A DNA stretch of 64,000 bases from Podarcis melisellensis (taxonomy: Eukaryota): NCBI GenBank assembly GCA_964234715.1, contig OZ174289.1, one strand, 5' to 3'. Made by a program: the position numbers and the translations under genes. The notes below the pieces were generated by a model, which was not told the origin of the DNA, made no database searches, and saw only the letters and a list, made by a program, of their open reading frames with translations. Positions 36,936-49,520 of this stretch are shown here, in pieces. How positions within the stretch are numbered: position 1 is the first letter of the stretch; every line of letters starts with the position of its first letter.

Positions 36936-37633
36936 ATATTTATATTCCTCTTTTTTTCTCCAAGGAGTTCAAAGTGGCCTACCTTGTTCTTCCCTTCCTC
37001 ATTTAATCTCTACAACAACCCTGTTAAGTAGTTTAGGCTGAAAGGCAGTGACTGCCCTATGTCTGCCATGAATCAAAAGCCCATCAATTTAATTGGGTGA
37101 CCCCAACTGATGATGCAGCAGGGAGGGGGATGAGCGTGGGGCATGCTGGTGGACACAGTGAACTGAGCTGAGCTTTTGATGATCCCCTGGGGGAGTAGTT
37201 CCTTGGACAGTGCTAAGTCAACAAGTGATGCCTAAGGCTGCACAACCCTCTCTCATAAAAAAAAAAATATGAGAATGCAGCTGTGTGGCAGAGGTAAATT
37301 CAGCAGGCATCCCTTGCATGAGAATCAGAGTAGCATAAGCCTAATCCGCCCTTCTATGGAAATATTAAAGCTGTATGAGACCTATCCTCTCTTTCAACTT
37401 GGCACCCTAGACCACATATCTATTGGCTAGTCCAGCATCCTGGGGACCAACCAGAAAGGCATTTTCTCTAATCTAAGTGCAGGTGAGAGGAACCGTGAGA
37501 CGTAGAGCACATCTTTAAAACTGTATTTTCAGGTAAGGATCATTCCCCTCTTTTCAGAAAAGACTCATGAGAAAAGAGAAATATGGAATAATTTCCCCAT
37601 GACAGAGTGGTAACCAGAGAATTCAATTTACAA

Positions 37634-37634
37634 A

Positions 37635-37696
<62 letters not shown>
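37634..37696. repeat. Compound (CAT)n(TAT)n microsatellite
   Basis: Direct reading. Confidence 0.97.
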
Positions 37697-37697
<1 letters not shown>

Positions 37698-39857
37698 GCT
37701 CTCTGAGGCTGCCTTCTCTTACAAATAGTGAAGACACATTTCATTCTGGTGCAAGTAGATAAGGGAAATGCCAGAAGTTATTTGAAATTAAAAATACTGG
37801 GTTGAGTAGTGGGGTGCTTTTTTTAAGCTTCTCCCCTCCCCCCCAGCTCTCCCTACTTTGATTGTACTGAAAGCAGAGTTCTGTGAGCTCAGGTAAGAAG
37901 GGGGGGGCACCAAAGCTACAAAAACCTGCTACATAAAGGCAGAATATGCCATCCTGACCATCCCCATTCTCCTCCCAAAAAATGCTCAGCTTTTTGCGTT
38001 TCAAATATTGTTTCTAGTCCTTATGGGAATATTAATGACTACATGGAAACAGCTCTGGCTCTGTACTGTGGAGGGAGGGGGGCATTGTGCAAACCGCTCT
38101 CTCAGGGAGCCCTCAGTGAATCTTCCTCTTCATTGTCATTCTCGAGAGCTGCTACCCTTTCCTTGATAACTAGCAGGTCAATGAACAAGCCGGCAGTGGC
38201 ATCTACTGCTTTTCATTCTTACTAGCACTACTGGCTGGGCCTGAAGCTCCCCCTATCTCTTTCCCACCCCATCTCTGTCAGCCATAAGCCACAGGTTCCC
38301 CACCCTGAGCTAAAGGAGCTAACAGTTCTACTTCATCTAGTTGCAGAATTAATTTTGAGAAATCAGTTTAAATCAAAATTTGGGCCAACTGGGATATAGG
38401 GCATAGTGAGCTCATCGAGAAAGGCACCTGCTTTCCATGCAGCAGGTTACAGGTTCAAATTCTGGCATCTCTAGTTGTGGCTGGGAGAGAACATATCTAA
38501 AATCATAGAGAGCCACTGCTTTTCAGTGAATACAGTGAATATTGAGCCAAGTAGAGAAATTGGCTCAGTATAATGAAGCTTTTTGTGTCCCTATAGCAAT
38601 AAAGGAACATCACTGGGGATAACTGTTTGTTGCTGTGTTTGTCCACTTTTTTCCCAGCAAGGGGTCTCCTTCAACATCAGCAGCAGAGGCCTTGTTCTGG
38701 CACTATGTGACCTCCCCCCCTTCTGCCATGTGTACATGAACTAGCCATTTGGAAGTCAATTCTAGGGAATTCCCATCTTCTGCAAAGCAAGATCCTTCTC
38801 CCACTTCCCTAGACCCTTCTCACCCCAACATATTGGGGGCAGAATTTTTCTACTAGCTTCAACCAGGAAACTGTCAGTTCCATAGGTGCACTGAGGAAAT
38901 AGCTTCATTCAGTGATATTTATTTATTGTTCCTCACACCCTGACCTTTTCAGAAATAATCCTTCTGTCAAAAGGAAGGGGGGCCCAGAAATTCTTTCTCT
39001 GCTTCTCTGAGATATTCTGCTACTCCACTTTAAAGGTTTATTGGATACACGGATAATCATATCAAGTTGATATTCTGCACCATATCTGGAGTGAACCGTC
39101 TCCCTCACACTGCAATGAGTGCCTACTAATAGGGTTCAGGCAGGAATTCAGTTCGTGGGTGCATGCTGATTAAGTAGCAGCAGCAGCCCAGGGAGAATTG
39201 GGCAAAACTCCAGAGAGAACATTTATGATATCAGTGTAGCAAACCACTATTGTTGTCCCCAAACTTTCAAACCTATCTCCAAATCCCTCATTAAAGCTCA
39301 CATTTTCCTTAAATATCTTTGGTACTGTACAGCTCTGTAATCTATAGCCATCCAGATGTTGGTGGGTGCCAGCTCCCGTCAATTCTGACTTTTGGCCATC
39401 CTGTATGAGCAGTGGAGGTAAACAGTGCTAATGGGGCACTGCCCCATCATAGCTGTCAATGTTTCCCTTTTTTAAAGGGAAATTCCCTTATTCCGAATAG
39501 GATTCCTCGCAAGAAAAGGGGAAAGGTGACAGCTATGTGCCCCATCAACCTCAGTCTACCCTTAACCAGCTCCCAACTGCCTGTCTTCTCATTTGTGTCT
39601 AGTCCAGGGGAGAGCTGCACCTGTCAGCTGTCTTCTTAGTCTATCATTGGCTCAGGCTCCACTGTTTCCCTGCCTTTTGAATCACCAGTCCCAATGAACC
39701 ACAGCTACCACTGGGGCTGGGGCTGTTGAGAGTTGTAATCCAACTATGTCTAGAAGGCCACTGGTTCCCCATCCCTTGTCTCAACCAGTGCTATTCAGCC
39801 TTGAATAGTTCCTCACCATTGGCCATGTGAGCTGGGGCTGATGGGAGTTGTACTACA

Positions 39858-40003
39858 ACTGGACAGTGTTCTCGAAGCTACGAACATGAGTTTGACCAAA
39901 CTGTGGGAGGCAGTGGAAGTTAGGAGTGCCTGGCGTGCTCTGGTCCAGGGGGTCATGAAGAGTCAGACACAACTAAATGACTAAACAACAACAGCAACGA
40001 CAA
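39858..40003 (+). mobile_element. Bov-B short 3' fragment
   Basis: tggacagtgttctcgaagctac...ctaaacaacaac, matching 36533-36669. Confidence 0.85.
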
Positions 40004-41502
40004 CATCTGGAGGACAGCAGGTTCTCCATCCCTGCCCAACAAGTAGAACGCTAAAACTTCAGTAAGAAGGCTGGAATATGCTTCTCATTGATATGCTAGT
40101 TTTCTGTTTGCAGGGTAATTTTTGATCATTTGAATGTAGGAGGGTTTCATTGTGTGTATCTCCAATTAAAAACAAAAACAAAAAGAGAAGGGGGGAGGAA
40201 GAAAGAAAAAAAAAGAAATTGAAATAGAAAAGAGATTAAAAGCGAGAGAGAGAAAAATAAATTCAGAAAGTAAGGGACTTCCAATTCGCTACATAAAACA
40301 ATATTCATTTCATCCACTCCAATATAACACCCAACAAAGCCACTTTCTATAAACAAACATTATCTTCAGTCCTCAAATCCAGACGTCATTATTTCTGTTT
40401 CTTTTTCATGTGTCATGCAAAATCTATGAGTGGTTTCCAATCCTTAACAAATGTAAACAATGACTTTTCTTTGATTAAACTTGTCAATTTTGCCATCTCA
40501 TCTCTTAGTTTTAACAGCATTCTTCCATTGTTGGTAATAATGGATCCTTCCATCATTGTGCATATAAATGTCTCCCAGCCACAATCATATAATGTAACAA
40601 AGTTCCTTACTCCTTTTCTAACTGTATATCCAGAAGTACAGCAGGAAGAGCTCTGTCTTAGGCTGAAAGTCAGTATTCAATATTCTCTGTATCAATGTAT
40701 ATATTTGTATCCAATTTCCGCCCCCCCCCCACTTTTTTAGATGTCCACCAAACATAATGAAATGTCCCTTCATGTTCATTACATTTCTAACACATATTTG
40801 GAACATTGTTATTTGGAACTATTATTTGGAACTATTCTAAATAGTTTCTCAGGAGTTAAGTACCAACAATACACCATTTTATTAAAAAATTACTTAAAGT
40901 CACAACTCAGTGTATATTTTAACCCTTTAATCCACATATGTTCCCACCATGCCATCTGTATAATATTCTCTAAATTTCTTGCCCATTTATTCATGCATTC
41001 TTTAATTTGTTCATGCATTTCACAATTCAGCAGTAATTTATACATTTTTTTCAATAATATGTTCATTATATATAACTTTACTTTAAAATGTGTCTTTTTT
41101 ATTCTATACCAAAGTCTTCATCCACAGTTAGTTGTAAACGAGCAAACACTGGGGACTGTAACCTTTTCTTGTTAGTTGTTCCCTTATTTTAATTTTACCG
41201 TCTCTTTGGCTTCACTCTAATAATTCCTGATAAGTTAACCATTTCTCATTACCTATCATATCTCTTCTATGAAACACTTCTTGTGTTGAAATCCATAAAG
41301 GTATCTACATATATAACCTAGGTTTATATCTGTTCCAGACTCTCAGTCTTGTATGTCTAACAAAATGATTTTTAAATTCCACAGATTATCTGCAGACTTA
41401 ATATACCACATATGTCCATGCCATCCAAACCTTAAATCATGACCTTCTAATTCCAAAATCCTCCTATTTTTTAGGGTCACCCACTCCTGCTAAGGGTGCT
41501 AA

Positions 41503-41859
41503 GGGATGTGGGTGCTGCTGTGGTCTAAACCACAGAGCCTAGGGCTTGCTGATCAGAAGGTCAGCAGTTTGAATCCCTGCAACGGGGTGAGCTCCCGTTG
41601 CTCGGTCCCAGCTCCTGGCAACCTAGCAGTTCGAAAGCACAAAGTGCAAGTAGATAATAGGTACCGCTCCGGCATGAAGGGCAGGAAGGTAAATGGCGTT
41701 TCCGTGTGCTGCTCTGGTTCGCCAGAAGCGGCTTAGTCATGCTGGCCACATGACCCAGAAGCTGTACACCGGCTCCCTCGGCCAGTAAAGAGAGATCAGC
41801 GCCACAACCCCAAAGTCGTCCACGACTGGACCTAACAGTCAGGGTTCCCTTTACCTTAC
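41503..41859 (+). mobile_element. Sauria SINE
   Basis: Homologous to 62230-62580; ACCTT tail; actcctgc duplicated at the flanks. Confidence 0.88.
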
Positions 41860-43831
41860 TCCTGCATCCAAACAGACTGCAAAATATAATTTGAAATCAG
41901 GCAGTCCCAATCCTACCCTTTCCTTCAGATCTTGCAATACTTTCATTTTAACTAGTGGTTTTGTTTTTTTACCTTGCTAGGAAAACTTACGGTAGATAAA
42001 TCTTTTTGCCAGTATTTCAAAAAACAACTATTGTAAATAATGCCTTACTGTTTAAATACATTATTCACAATAGGTATTGTTTGAAATAAAAACATCATTC
42101 TCGGCAAAACATTCCTTTTTATCACTGAAATTCTACCAAGCAATGATAGTTTTAGCTTCTCCCATCCTGACATATATTCATTACTTCAGCCCATGTTTAA
42201 ACAGTTATTTTCAAACAATGTATATATTTGTCATAGTGATACCCAAGTAACTTTTTTAAAAATTTGAAACCCGGTTTTCTCCATCAAATCCTTCTGACCA
42301 TCTGTTGTCATGTTCTTTGTTAACTTTTTTGTTTCCTGATGATTATTCTTAAAACCTGCTAACATACCAAACTCATTTAGTTTGCTCATTAAGTACTCCT
42401 ACTTCATGCAGTGGGTTTTCTAAAGTTATCATCAATTCTCCACTTTTTTGTTTTCAAATGCTCTTAGTTAATACGCTTCTTTTTAAATATTTATTCCCAT
42501 AATTCTCTGATTTTGTCTAATGTCTCCAAGCAACACTTAGAGACCAAGTGCTTAGATACTTAAAACAATGTGAAAAGTAATGGGGATAATGGGCATCCTT
42601 GTCTTGTCTTCTTTTGTATATCACAGGGTTTAGTCAAATCTGCATTTACCACTAGCCATGCTGTCTGTGATGTATAAATTCATTTTACCCATTTAGTAAA
42701 ATTGTTTGCAAAGTTCATTTCTTGCAGTACTTTAAACAGAAATACCTAATTTAGGTTGTCAAAAGCCTTTTCTTCATCCAGTAAGATCAGGACAGCTTGC
42801 TTTTCATTATGATGATGCAAATATTCCAAAATATCTAATGCATTACTAACATTGTCTCTTAACTGTTTTTTAGGCAAAAATCCACATTGATCATAGTAAA
42901 TAACATCCTGTAGAATCGTCGATTTTGTTGTTGTTGATGATGTTGTCTTTCTGCCAATATCAATGTAAATAGTTTATAGTCATTATTCAGCAATGAGATT
43001 GGTTATTAATCTTTTGCTAAAATCACATCTTGAGTCTCTTTTTGTATAAGTGCAATATAAGGCCCCTCTCCATCTGGTATTTTAGCACTGTAGAATATCA
43101 TTTATTTTAAAACTGGCAATGAGAATCTAGCCTCTTTCCTTAACATCCAATAGTATTTTAAATTTGATCCTTGGTCTTTCCCCCTGATAGATGATTTTTG
43201 ATAATTCTTTTTTCCATTGCTTGCTTGAAGCAGCCCATATTACCTTTTACCAGAATTGTCTGGAAGAAATGACATCTTAGGCAAAATATTCATTTCTCTC
43301 ACTGAGTTTTTTCCCAAAAGAGAAAAATTCATTCTACATCTCTCCATATCTTGTTTAATATTACTCCATACATTTAGATAATTATTTAGAAACAAATTTG
43401 CATTATTTTTTGTTATCTAGTTACTCAGATATTCCACCTTCTTCTCCACCTTAATACAAGTTATTTTTTGCAGTTATTTCTTGCAGTTTCACAATTCAGC
43501 AGTAATTTCTACATCTTCACAATAATATGTTCATCATTATATATAACTGGACTTCATTTTCTTTCTTTCCTTGTTCTATACCAAATGTCTTTTTATTCAA
43601 CTTAAGTGAGCAAACATTGGAGACTGTAACTATGCCCATCCATATTTTTTTGTTATCATTTTAGTTTTATTATTATTCATGTAAAATCCTGCTAAATCAC
43701 CAAATTGCTTTATTACTTTCAGTACCTTAACCACATTTTCCATCGGGTTTTCCAGGAACTCTATCACATCACCTGCAAATGCCCTCAGTTTGTAACTTTG
43801 AAGGTTTACTTGTAGGCCTCGTATACCATTA

Positions 43832-44073
43832 CAGTGGTACCTCAGGTTAAGTACTTAATTCGTTCCGGAGGTCCGTTCTTAACCTGAAACTGTTCTTAAC
43901 CTGAAGCACCACTTTAGCTAATGGGGCCTCCCGCTGCCGCCGCACTGCCGGAGCACGATTTCTGTTCTCATCCTGAAGCAAAGTTCTTAACCCGAGGTAC
44001 TATTTCTGGGTTAGAGGAGTCTGTAACCTGAAGTGTCTGTAACCTGAAGCATATGTAACCCAAGGCACCACTG
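43832..44073 (+). mobile_element. Tc1/mariner MITE (family of 15202)
   Basis: Same TIRs, TA flanks. Confidence 0.9.
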
Positions 44074-44524
44074 TATTTTATCTAAAATCCCTGCACAACA
44101 CTTCTAAAACCAGAATAAACAATAGCAGTGAAAGTGGGCAATGTTGTCTTGTTCCCTTAGCAATAAAACATTTTTCTGATTGAACACCGCTTACTATTAT
44201 ATTTGCGAATTGTTCTATATATAATGCCTTTATTCCTCATTCAAATCTCTCCCCAAACCCCATTAAATTCGGTAGTTCCCCCCAAAAAAACCTTCCAAGA
44301 AACATTATCAAATGCTTTCTCCATGTCTAAAAGATATATATAGCTAATTTCTTATCACTTTTTGAAATGTATTCAAGAGCATTCAATGCAATTCTCACGT
44401 TTTAACTGTCTAGTTGGCAAAAATCCTGTCTGACTTTTATGTATTAAGTTTCTTAACACTTGTTTAAGTCTTCTTGCTAATATTGCTGCAAACTATTTGT
44501 AAGCACATTTAAACAGATAGATAG

Positions 44525-44883
44525 TGTCAGGGATCTGTTGGCTGAGAAGGGGGGAGAGATCGGAATGTACAGGGAGCCGCCTCCTTTAATGAGCAGCTGC
44601 ACTTCATTAAGAGAGAGAAGAGGAGGAGGGAAACATGGAAACAGAGAGAAAGGAACAGCCTACAAAGCTTCAGTTTTTACGTAGGGACAGGAGGAAACTC
44701 AGGAAGTTTCTATGCTGGAAAGGGAGGAGACAGGAGCCATTTCCGGCAACTGATAGCAACTGAGGAAGACATGCTTTTAAGAGCTCCAGACTGTACATAG
44801 TTTTTGGACTTAATAAATCTTGTTAAAGCTGGCTGGAGACCCGGGTTGTTATCTCAGCTAGCTCCCACATATCATCCCTGACA
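44525..44883 (+). mobile_element. Solo LTR (Gypsy-like) inserted in L1
   Basis: TGTCAGGGAT...ATCCCTGACA inverted ends, 5-bp TSD GATAG, internal AATAAA. Confidence 0.8.
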
Positions 44884-45040
44884 GATAGGTCTATAGTTCT
44901 TAACTTGGGTTGGGACTTGATCTTGTTTTGCTATCAATGTAAATACTTTCAAGTGTTCTGTATCAAAGCATTGTCCATTATCGTTTATAAGCATTGGATT
45001 AAACGGTCCTGAAATACTTTCTAATAATAAGCAGTTAGGC

Positions 45041-45288
45041 CATGGGTAGGCAAATTAAGGCCCGGGGACCGAATGCGGCCCAATCACCTTCTAAATCCAG
45101 CTGCGGACGGTCCAGGAATCTGCATGTTTTTACATGAGTAGAATGTGTCCTTTTATTTAAAATGCATCTCTGGGTTATTTGTGGGGCATAGGAATTTGTT
45201 CTCCCCCCTCAAAAAAATATAGTCCAGCCCCCACAAGGTCTGAGGGACAGTGGACCAGCCCCCTGGTGAAAAAGTTTGCTGACCCTTG
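45041..45288. mobile_element. hAT-like MITE
   Basis: CATGGGTAGGCAAA...TTTGCTGACCCTTG ends; ggcccg..gaatgcggccc motif. Confidence 0.65.
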
Positions 45289-45794
45289 TCCAGCCCTGGC
45301 ACTTTATTAATCTTTGCTTCACTTATTGCCTATTCTGCTTCCATTGTTGAAACAGGGGTCTCCAACATTGCAATTTATTCTCTTCTCTAGATTTGTAGCT
45401 TTTGTCCATTTAAATATCTACAGTATATATTCCATAGTTGTTGGTTTTTTCTTTATACGTTATTTCTCCATCTGTATTATAGTCTATAACATTAAGTCTA
45501 TAACATTAGACTTCCTATCTTTTTTTTCAGTTGCCAAGGTATCAGTCTACCTGGCATATTTGCAAATCCAAAATGTTTCTGCTTGAGAAATTTTAACTTT
45601 TGTTTCATATATTGACTGATCAACATAGAAAGTTGAACTTGTAGCATTTCAGATTATTGTCACCGGCTTATCAATTGGGGACTTTTCATACAGTGCTTTC
45701 TCCTATAATATCTCTTGCTTTTTTGCTCTTTAACATTTTTGAAAAGCACTTTGTTGTATTAAAAACCTCTTATGACAGCTTTCTCAGTATCCCA

Positions 45795-46806
45795 AACTAT
45801 ATTGTAGAGGGAGAGGGAGAGTACAAAGCAGAACACATTCTAGACTCCAGGATGCAAAGAAAGAAGTTGCAATACCTGATTGCATGGAAGGGGTTTGGCC
45901 CTGAAGAAAAACCATGGGGATACGCAGAACATGTCCATGCATGAGACTTGCAAAGGACGTTCCATACACACCATCCCAACCAACTAAAACCACCTGGCTG
46001 GGGGGAGGAGGAGGGGGGTGATGTCAGGGACTGGGCAGAAAAGGAGGAAGAATGGTGGAGGCTGCCTCCCCATCCTGACCCTTCTAAGGAGGAAGAAGAG
46101 GAAGACAGTATAGATTTACAACAGGGGGTTGTGGGAGGTTACAGCTCAGAGGCAGATGAGGGAAAAGATGGAAAATAATGGGAAAACAAACAACAAAATG
46201 ATCTGGACTCCTTGGCAGGTTTTGAATAAACATCCACAAATTTATTAGTTGAACACATGATAGATAAAGCAAGGATATGTACAATTTTATAATATGCAGA
46301 GAACAATATGTGCAAAGACATCAGAGAGGCAAGCTGAGGGATATCTTTGGTGGGGGGAGGGATGGGGAAAGGGGGGGAAATAACGTGGTTGATTATGTGG
46401 ATTGATATTTTGTTATGCTGAAATTGTTTAATAAAAATACTTTAAAAAGAAGAAAAAAGAGAAAATAATGGGAGAGCCAGAGCAACAGCCGACTGACACA
46501 TTGTCATTTGAAAGTATTCCAGACCCACCATCTCCTAGAACCCAGCGAGCCTTAAAAGTAGGAGAGCAAAGAGCTCGAAGACAAAGGGCACTTAACAGCA
46601 CCTGTAGAGGAGGTGATGATGATGACAAATGAAGAAGTGGGAGAAATGGGGGTTGGAGATTCATTCGGGATGGCACCATTATCCAAGAGGCTAGGTTCTA
46701 TAGCCTCTTTCTATAAAATCTGAAATAAAAAAAGGCTGTAAGAAACTTTTCTTTGTCTTTACATTTCCTGGGCAACCAGCCAGGAGCCGCTGACAGCATC
46801 CTGACA
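45795..46806 (+). mobile_element. Chromoviral Gypsy 3' remnant: integrase chromodomain, polypurine tract, 3' LTR
   Basis: EGEYKAEHILDSR..RKKLQYLIAWKGFGPEEKPW chromodomain; PPT at ~46000-46021; LTR TGTCAGG (46022)...CCTGACA (46806). Confidence 0.82.
46184..46460 (+). mobile_element. 5'-truncated LINE (L1-like) 3' end inserted into the LTR
   Basis: 13-bp TSD GAAAATAATGGGA (46171-46183 / 46461-46473), AATAAA and A-rich tail. Confidence 0.75.
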
Positions 46807-47452
46807 TTAGCTTGGAAAAAAGGAGACTGAGAGGAGATATGAGAGCCATCTTCAAATATCTCAAGGGCTGTCACATGAAAGAGAGAGCATGCTTGTTTCT
46901 CTTGCTCTGGAGGGTAGGACTCGAGACAATGGCTTCAAGTTACAAGAAAGGAGATTCCAACTAAACATTTGGAAAATCTTTGTGACAGTATGAGCTGTTT
47001 GGCAGTAGAACAGACTCCCCTGAGAGGTGGTGGACTCTCCTTCCTTGGAGGTTTTTAAGCAGATGTTAGATGGCCATCTGTCATGGATGCTTTTATGTAC
47101 TGAGCTGATTGGTCCGCAGGACCCACCCAATCCAGCTCCAGGTGAAAGTGAATCAGCGGCCTGCAGGAGCAGCCAATCAGGCTCCTGGATGAAGTGAATC
47201 CACAACCTGATTGGCCTACAGGAGCAGCCTGGAATTAGCCAATCACGTGGGACCCATTGTGCAAATAATGTCTATATAGCTAGATGTTTTGGGGAAAGTT
47301 TCATTCATTGCTACTATGAGCTGAATAAAGAGCATGAAATTCACACTCGACTCTGAGTATATGTCAGATGCTTTAGCTGGGACTCCAGCACTGCAGGGGG
47401 TTGGACTAGATGACCCTTGGGTCTCCTCCAACTCTAAGATTATACAATTCTA
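46807..47452 (+). mobile_element. CR1 3' end, split by an LTR-like insertion
   Basis: ttcaagttacaagaaaggagattccaactaaacatt ... ggactagatgacccttgggtctcctccaactc, CR1 3' UTR. Confidence 0.85.
47096..47366 (+). mobile_element. Solo-LTR-like element (271 bp)
   Basis: TG...CA ends, several CCAAT/ATTGG boxes, TATATA, AATAAA; flanked by gatgcttt(t)a duplication. Confidence 0.7.
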
Positions 47453-47757
47453 TAAAAAGAAACTGGAAGCTTTTCTCTTAGAGGTTATAGGGACAGCGGT
47501 TCCAAAAAAGATGTTTGAGTTGTTTATGTATGTAACAACAGTGGCTAGGATTCTATACACAAAAAATGGAAGAAGTTTCCACCAAAGAAGAATGGATAAG
47601 TAAGGTGATGGACTCAAAACTGGCAAAGATAACAGCTAAAATAAGATAATCTGAGTGGAGAGAAAAAAAATATAAGCCACCCCTCCAAGCGGAATTCCCA
47701 GTAAGGATTCCATCCACCTCAGACAGATGAGCTACATGCTTTACATTGTGCAACATG

Positions 47758-48510
47758 CTGTTGTTGTTTAGTCGTTTAGTCATGTCCATCTCTTCGTGAC
47801 CCCATGGACCAGAGCACCCCAGGCACTCCTGTCTTCCACTGCCTCTCACAGTTTGGTCAAACTCATGTTAGTAGCTTCAAGAACACTGTCCAACCATCTC
47901 ATCCTCTGTCGTTCCCTTCTCCCTGTGCTCTCAATCTTTCCCAACATCAGGGTCTTCTCCAGGGAGTCTTCTCTTCTCATGAGGTGGCCAAAGTATTGGA
48001 GCCTCATCTTCACGATCTGTCCTTCTAGTGAGCGCTCAAGGCTGATTTCCTTAAGAATGGATAGGTTTGATCTTCTTGCAGTCCATGGGACTCTCAGGAG
48101 TCTCCTCCAGCACCATAATTCAAAAGCATCAATTCTTCGGTGATCAGCCTTCTTTATGGTCCAGCTCTCACTTCCATACATCAGTACTAGGAAAACCATA
48201 GCTTTAACTATACAGACTTTTGTTGGCAAGGTGATGTATCTGCTTTTTAAGATACTGTCTAGGTTTGCCATCGCTTTTCTCCCAAGAAGCAGGCGTCTTT
48301 TAATTTCGTGGCTGCTGTCACCATCTGCAGTGATCATGGAGCCCAAGAAAGTAAAATCTCTCACTGCCTCCATTTCTTCCCCTTCTATTTGCCAGGAGGT
48401 GATGGGACCAGTGGCCATGATCTTCGATTTTTTGATGTTGAGCTTCAGACCATATTTAGAGCTCTCCTCTTTCACCCTCAATAAAAGGTTCTTTAATTCC
48501 TCCTCATTCC
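47758..48510 (-). mobile_element. Bov-B LINE 3' portion (RT C-terminus, open frame)
   Basis: ORF 47846-48565: EELKNLLLRVKEES..GLKLNIKKSKIMATGPITSWQIEGE..FTFLGS..YGSESWT..IDAFELWCWRRLLRVPWTARRSN. Confidence 0.95.
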
Positions 48511-49010
48511 TCCTCATTGTGCAACATGCACTTTGGATAATTGAAGATGTGGCAGAGACTGTCATGGCTTTTAAAAATATGGTTTATTCACCTATTTACA
48601 CCTTCAATCTGCAAGGAGGGAGTCCTTATCTTTCTGCATGGTCATTTCGAGAGGAGTTTGTATCCCACAGCAGCACAGCCCTGGAGCCAGCCTCCCCCAA
48701 TGATGGATCTCAGCTCCTCTTCCTGTTTTTTCCTCCTAGCAACCCTTGCTCCCAGACTCACCTTTCCTGTCACCTAAAGCACACAGTTACTCTGGTAATC
48801 TTTCAAACCCCTGTCTCTGTTCACACCTCAGGGCAAGGGGGAAGGAGTTCTCTTGTATTGTTAATGGCCCTCGGTTGTTCTTTTGATAGCAGTAGCTCAG
48901 CCAGGTTGGTTTGCATAAGCCAGCCCAGGAACTCCCTGTCTGGTACAGCTTAGCAGCTTGTACTGTACTTTAATCCACATCCCAATTTATCAAAATCCTA
49001 GCATTTATTA

Positions 49011-49520
49011 CCATATTTTTTGCCCTATAGGACGCTCTTTTTCCCCTCCAAAAATGAAGGGGAAATGTGTGTGCATCCTATGGGGCGAATGCAGGCTTTC
49101 GCTGAAGCCTGGAGAGCGAGAGGGGTCGGTGCGCACCGACCCCTCTCACTCTCCAGGCTTCAGGAAGCTCTGCGCAACCCTCGGGAGACTGGCTCCGAGG
49201 GTTGCACAGAGCTGCCTGCAGTCTCGGGCTCAGCGCAGCTCTGCGCAGCCGTCGGGAGTGGGGTGCAAAGTCCCGCCCGGCTCCCGATAGCTGCGCAGAG
49301 CTGCCTCCAGTCCCGGGCTCAGCACACTTCTCCCCATCGCCAGCCCCACAAGCTCGGGGGACAGCGGGGAGGCGGAGCGCGCCTTCCCACTGTTCCCCGA
49401 CCTGGTTTTTCCAGCCCCACACCTGGGGGGAGGGAAATATTTTTTTTTCTTTATTCCCCCCCCAAAAAAAAACTAGGTGCGTCCTATGGGCCGGTGCTTC
49501 CTATGGGGCGCAAAATACGG
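49011..49520. mobile_element. Tc1/mariner-superfamily non-autonomous element (pogo/Tc2-like TIRs)
   Basis: CCATATTTTTTGCCCTATAGG...CCTATGGGGCGCAAAATACGG; TA on both flanks; GC-rich interior with inverted repeats. Confidence 0.8.

Larger units (their letters stand above)
40146..45790 (-). mobile_element. Decayed L1-like ORF2 fragments (at least two copies) with nested SINE, MITEs and a solo LTR
   Basis: Minus-strand remnants of GTRQGCPLSPL (~42580, ~44140), KAFD, NYRPISL (44885-44900), FLFQTIP and GLGLPDF; many stops and frameshifts. Confidence 0.75.

Noticed and set aside
48156-48953. 265-aa + strand ORF
   Set aside because: Mostly the antisense frame of Bov-B running into unique sequence.
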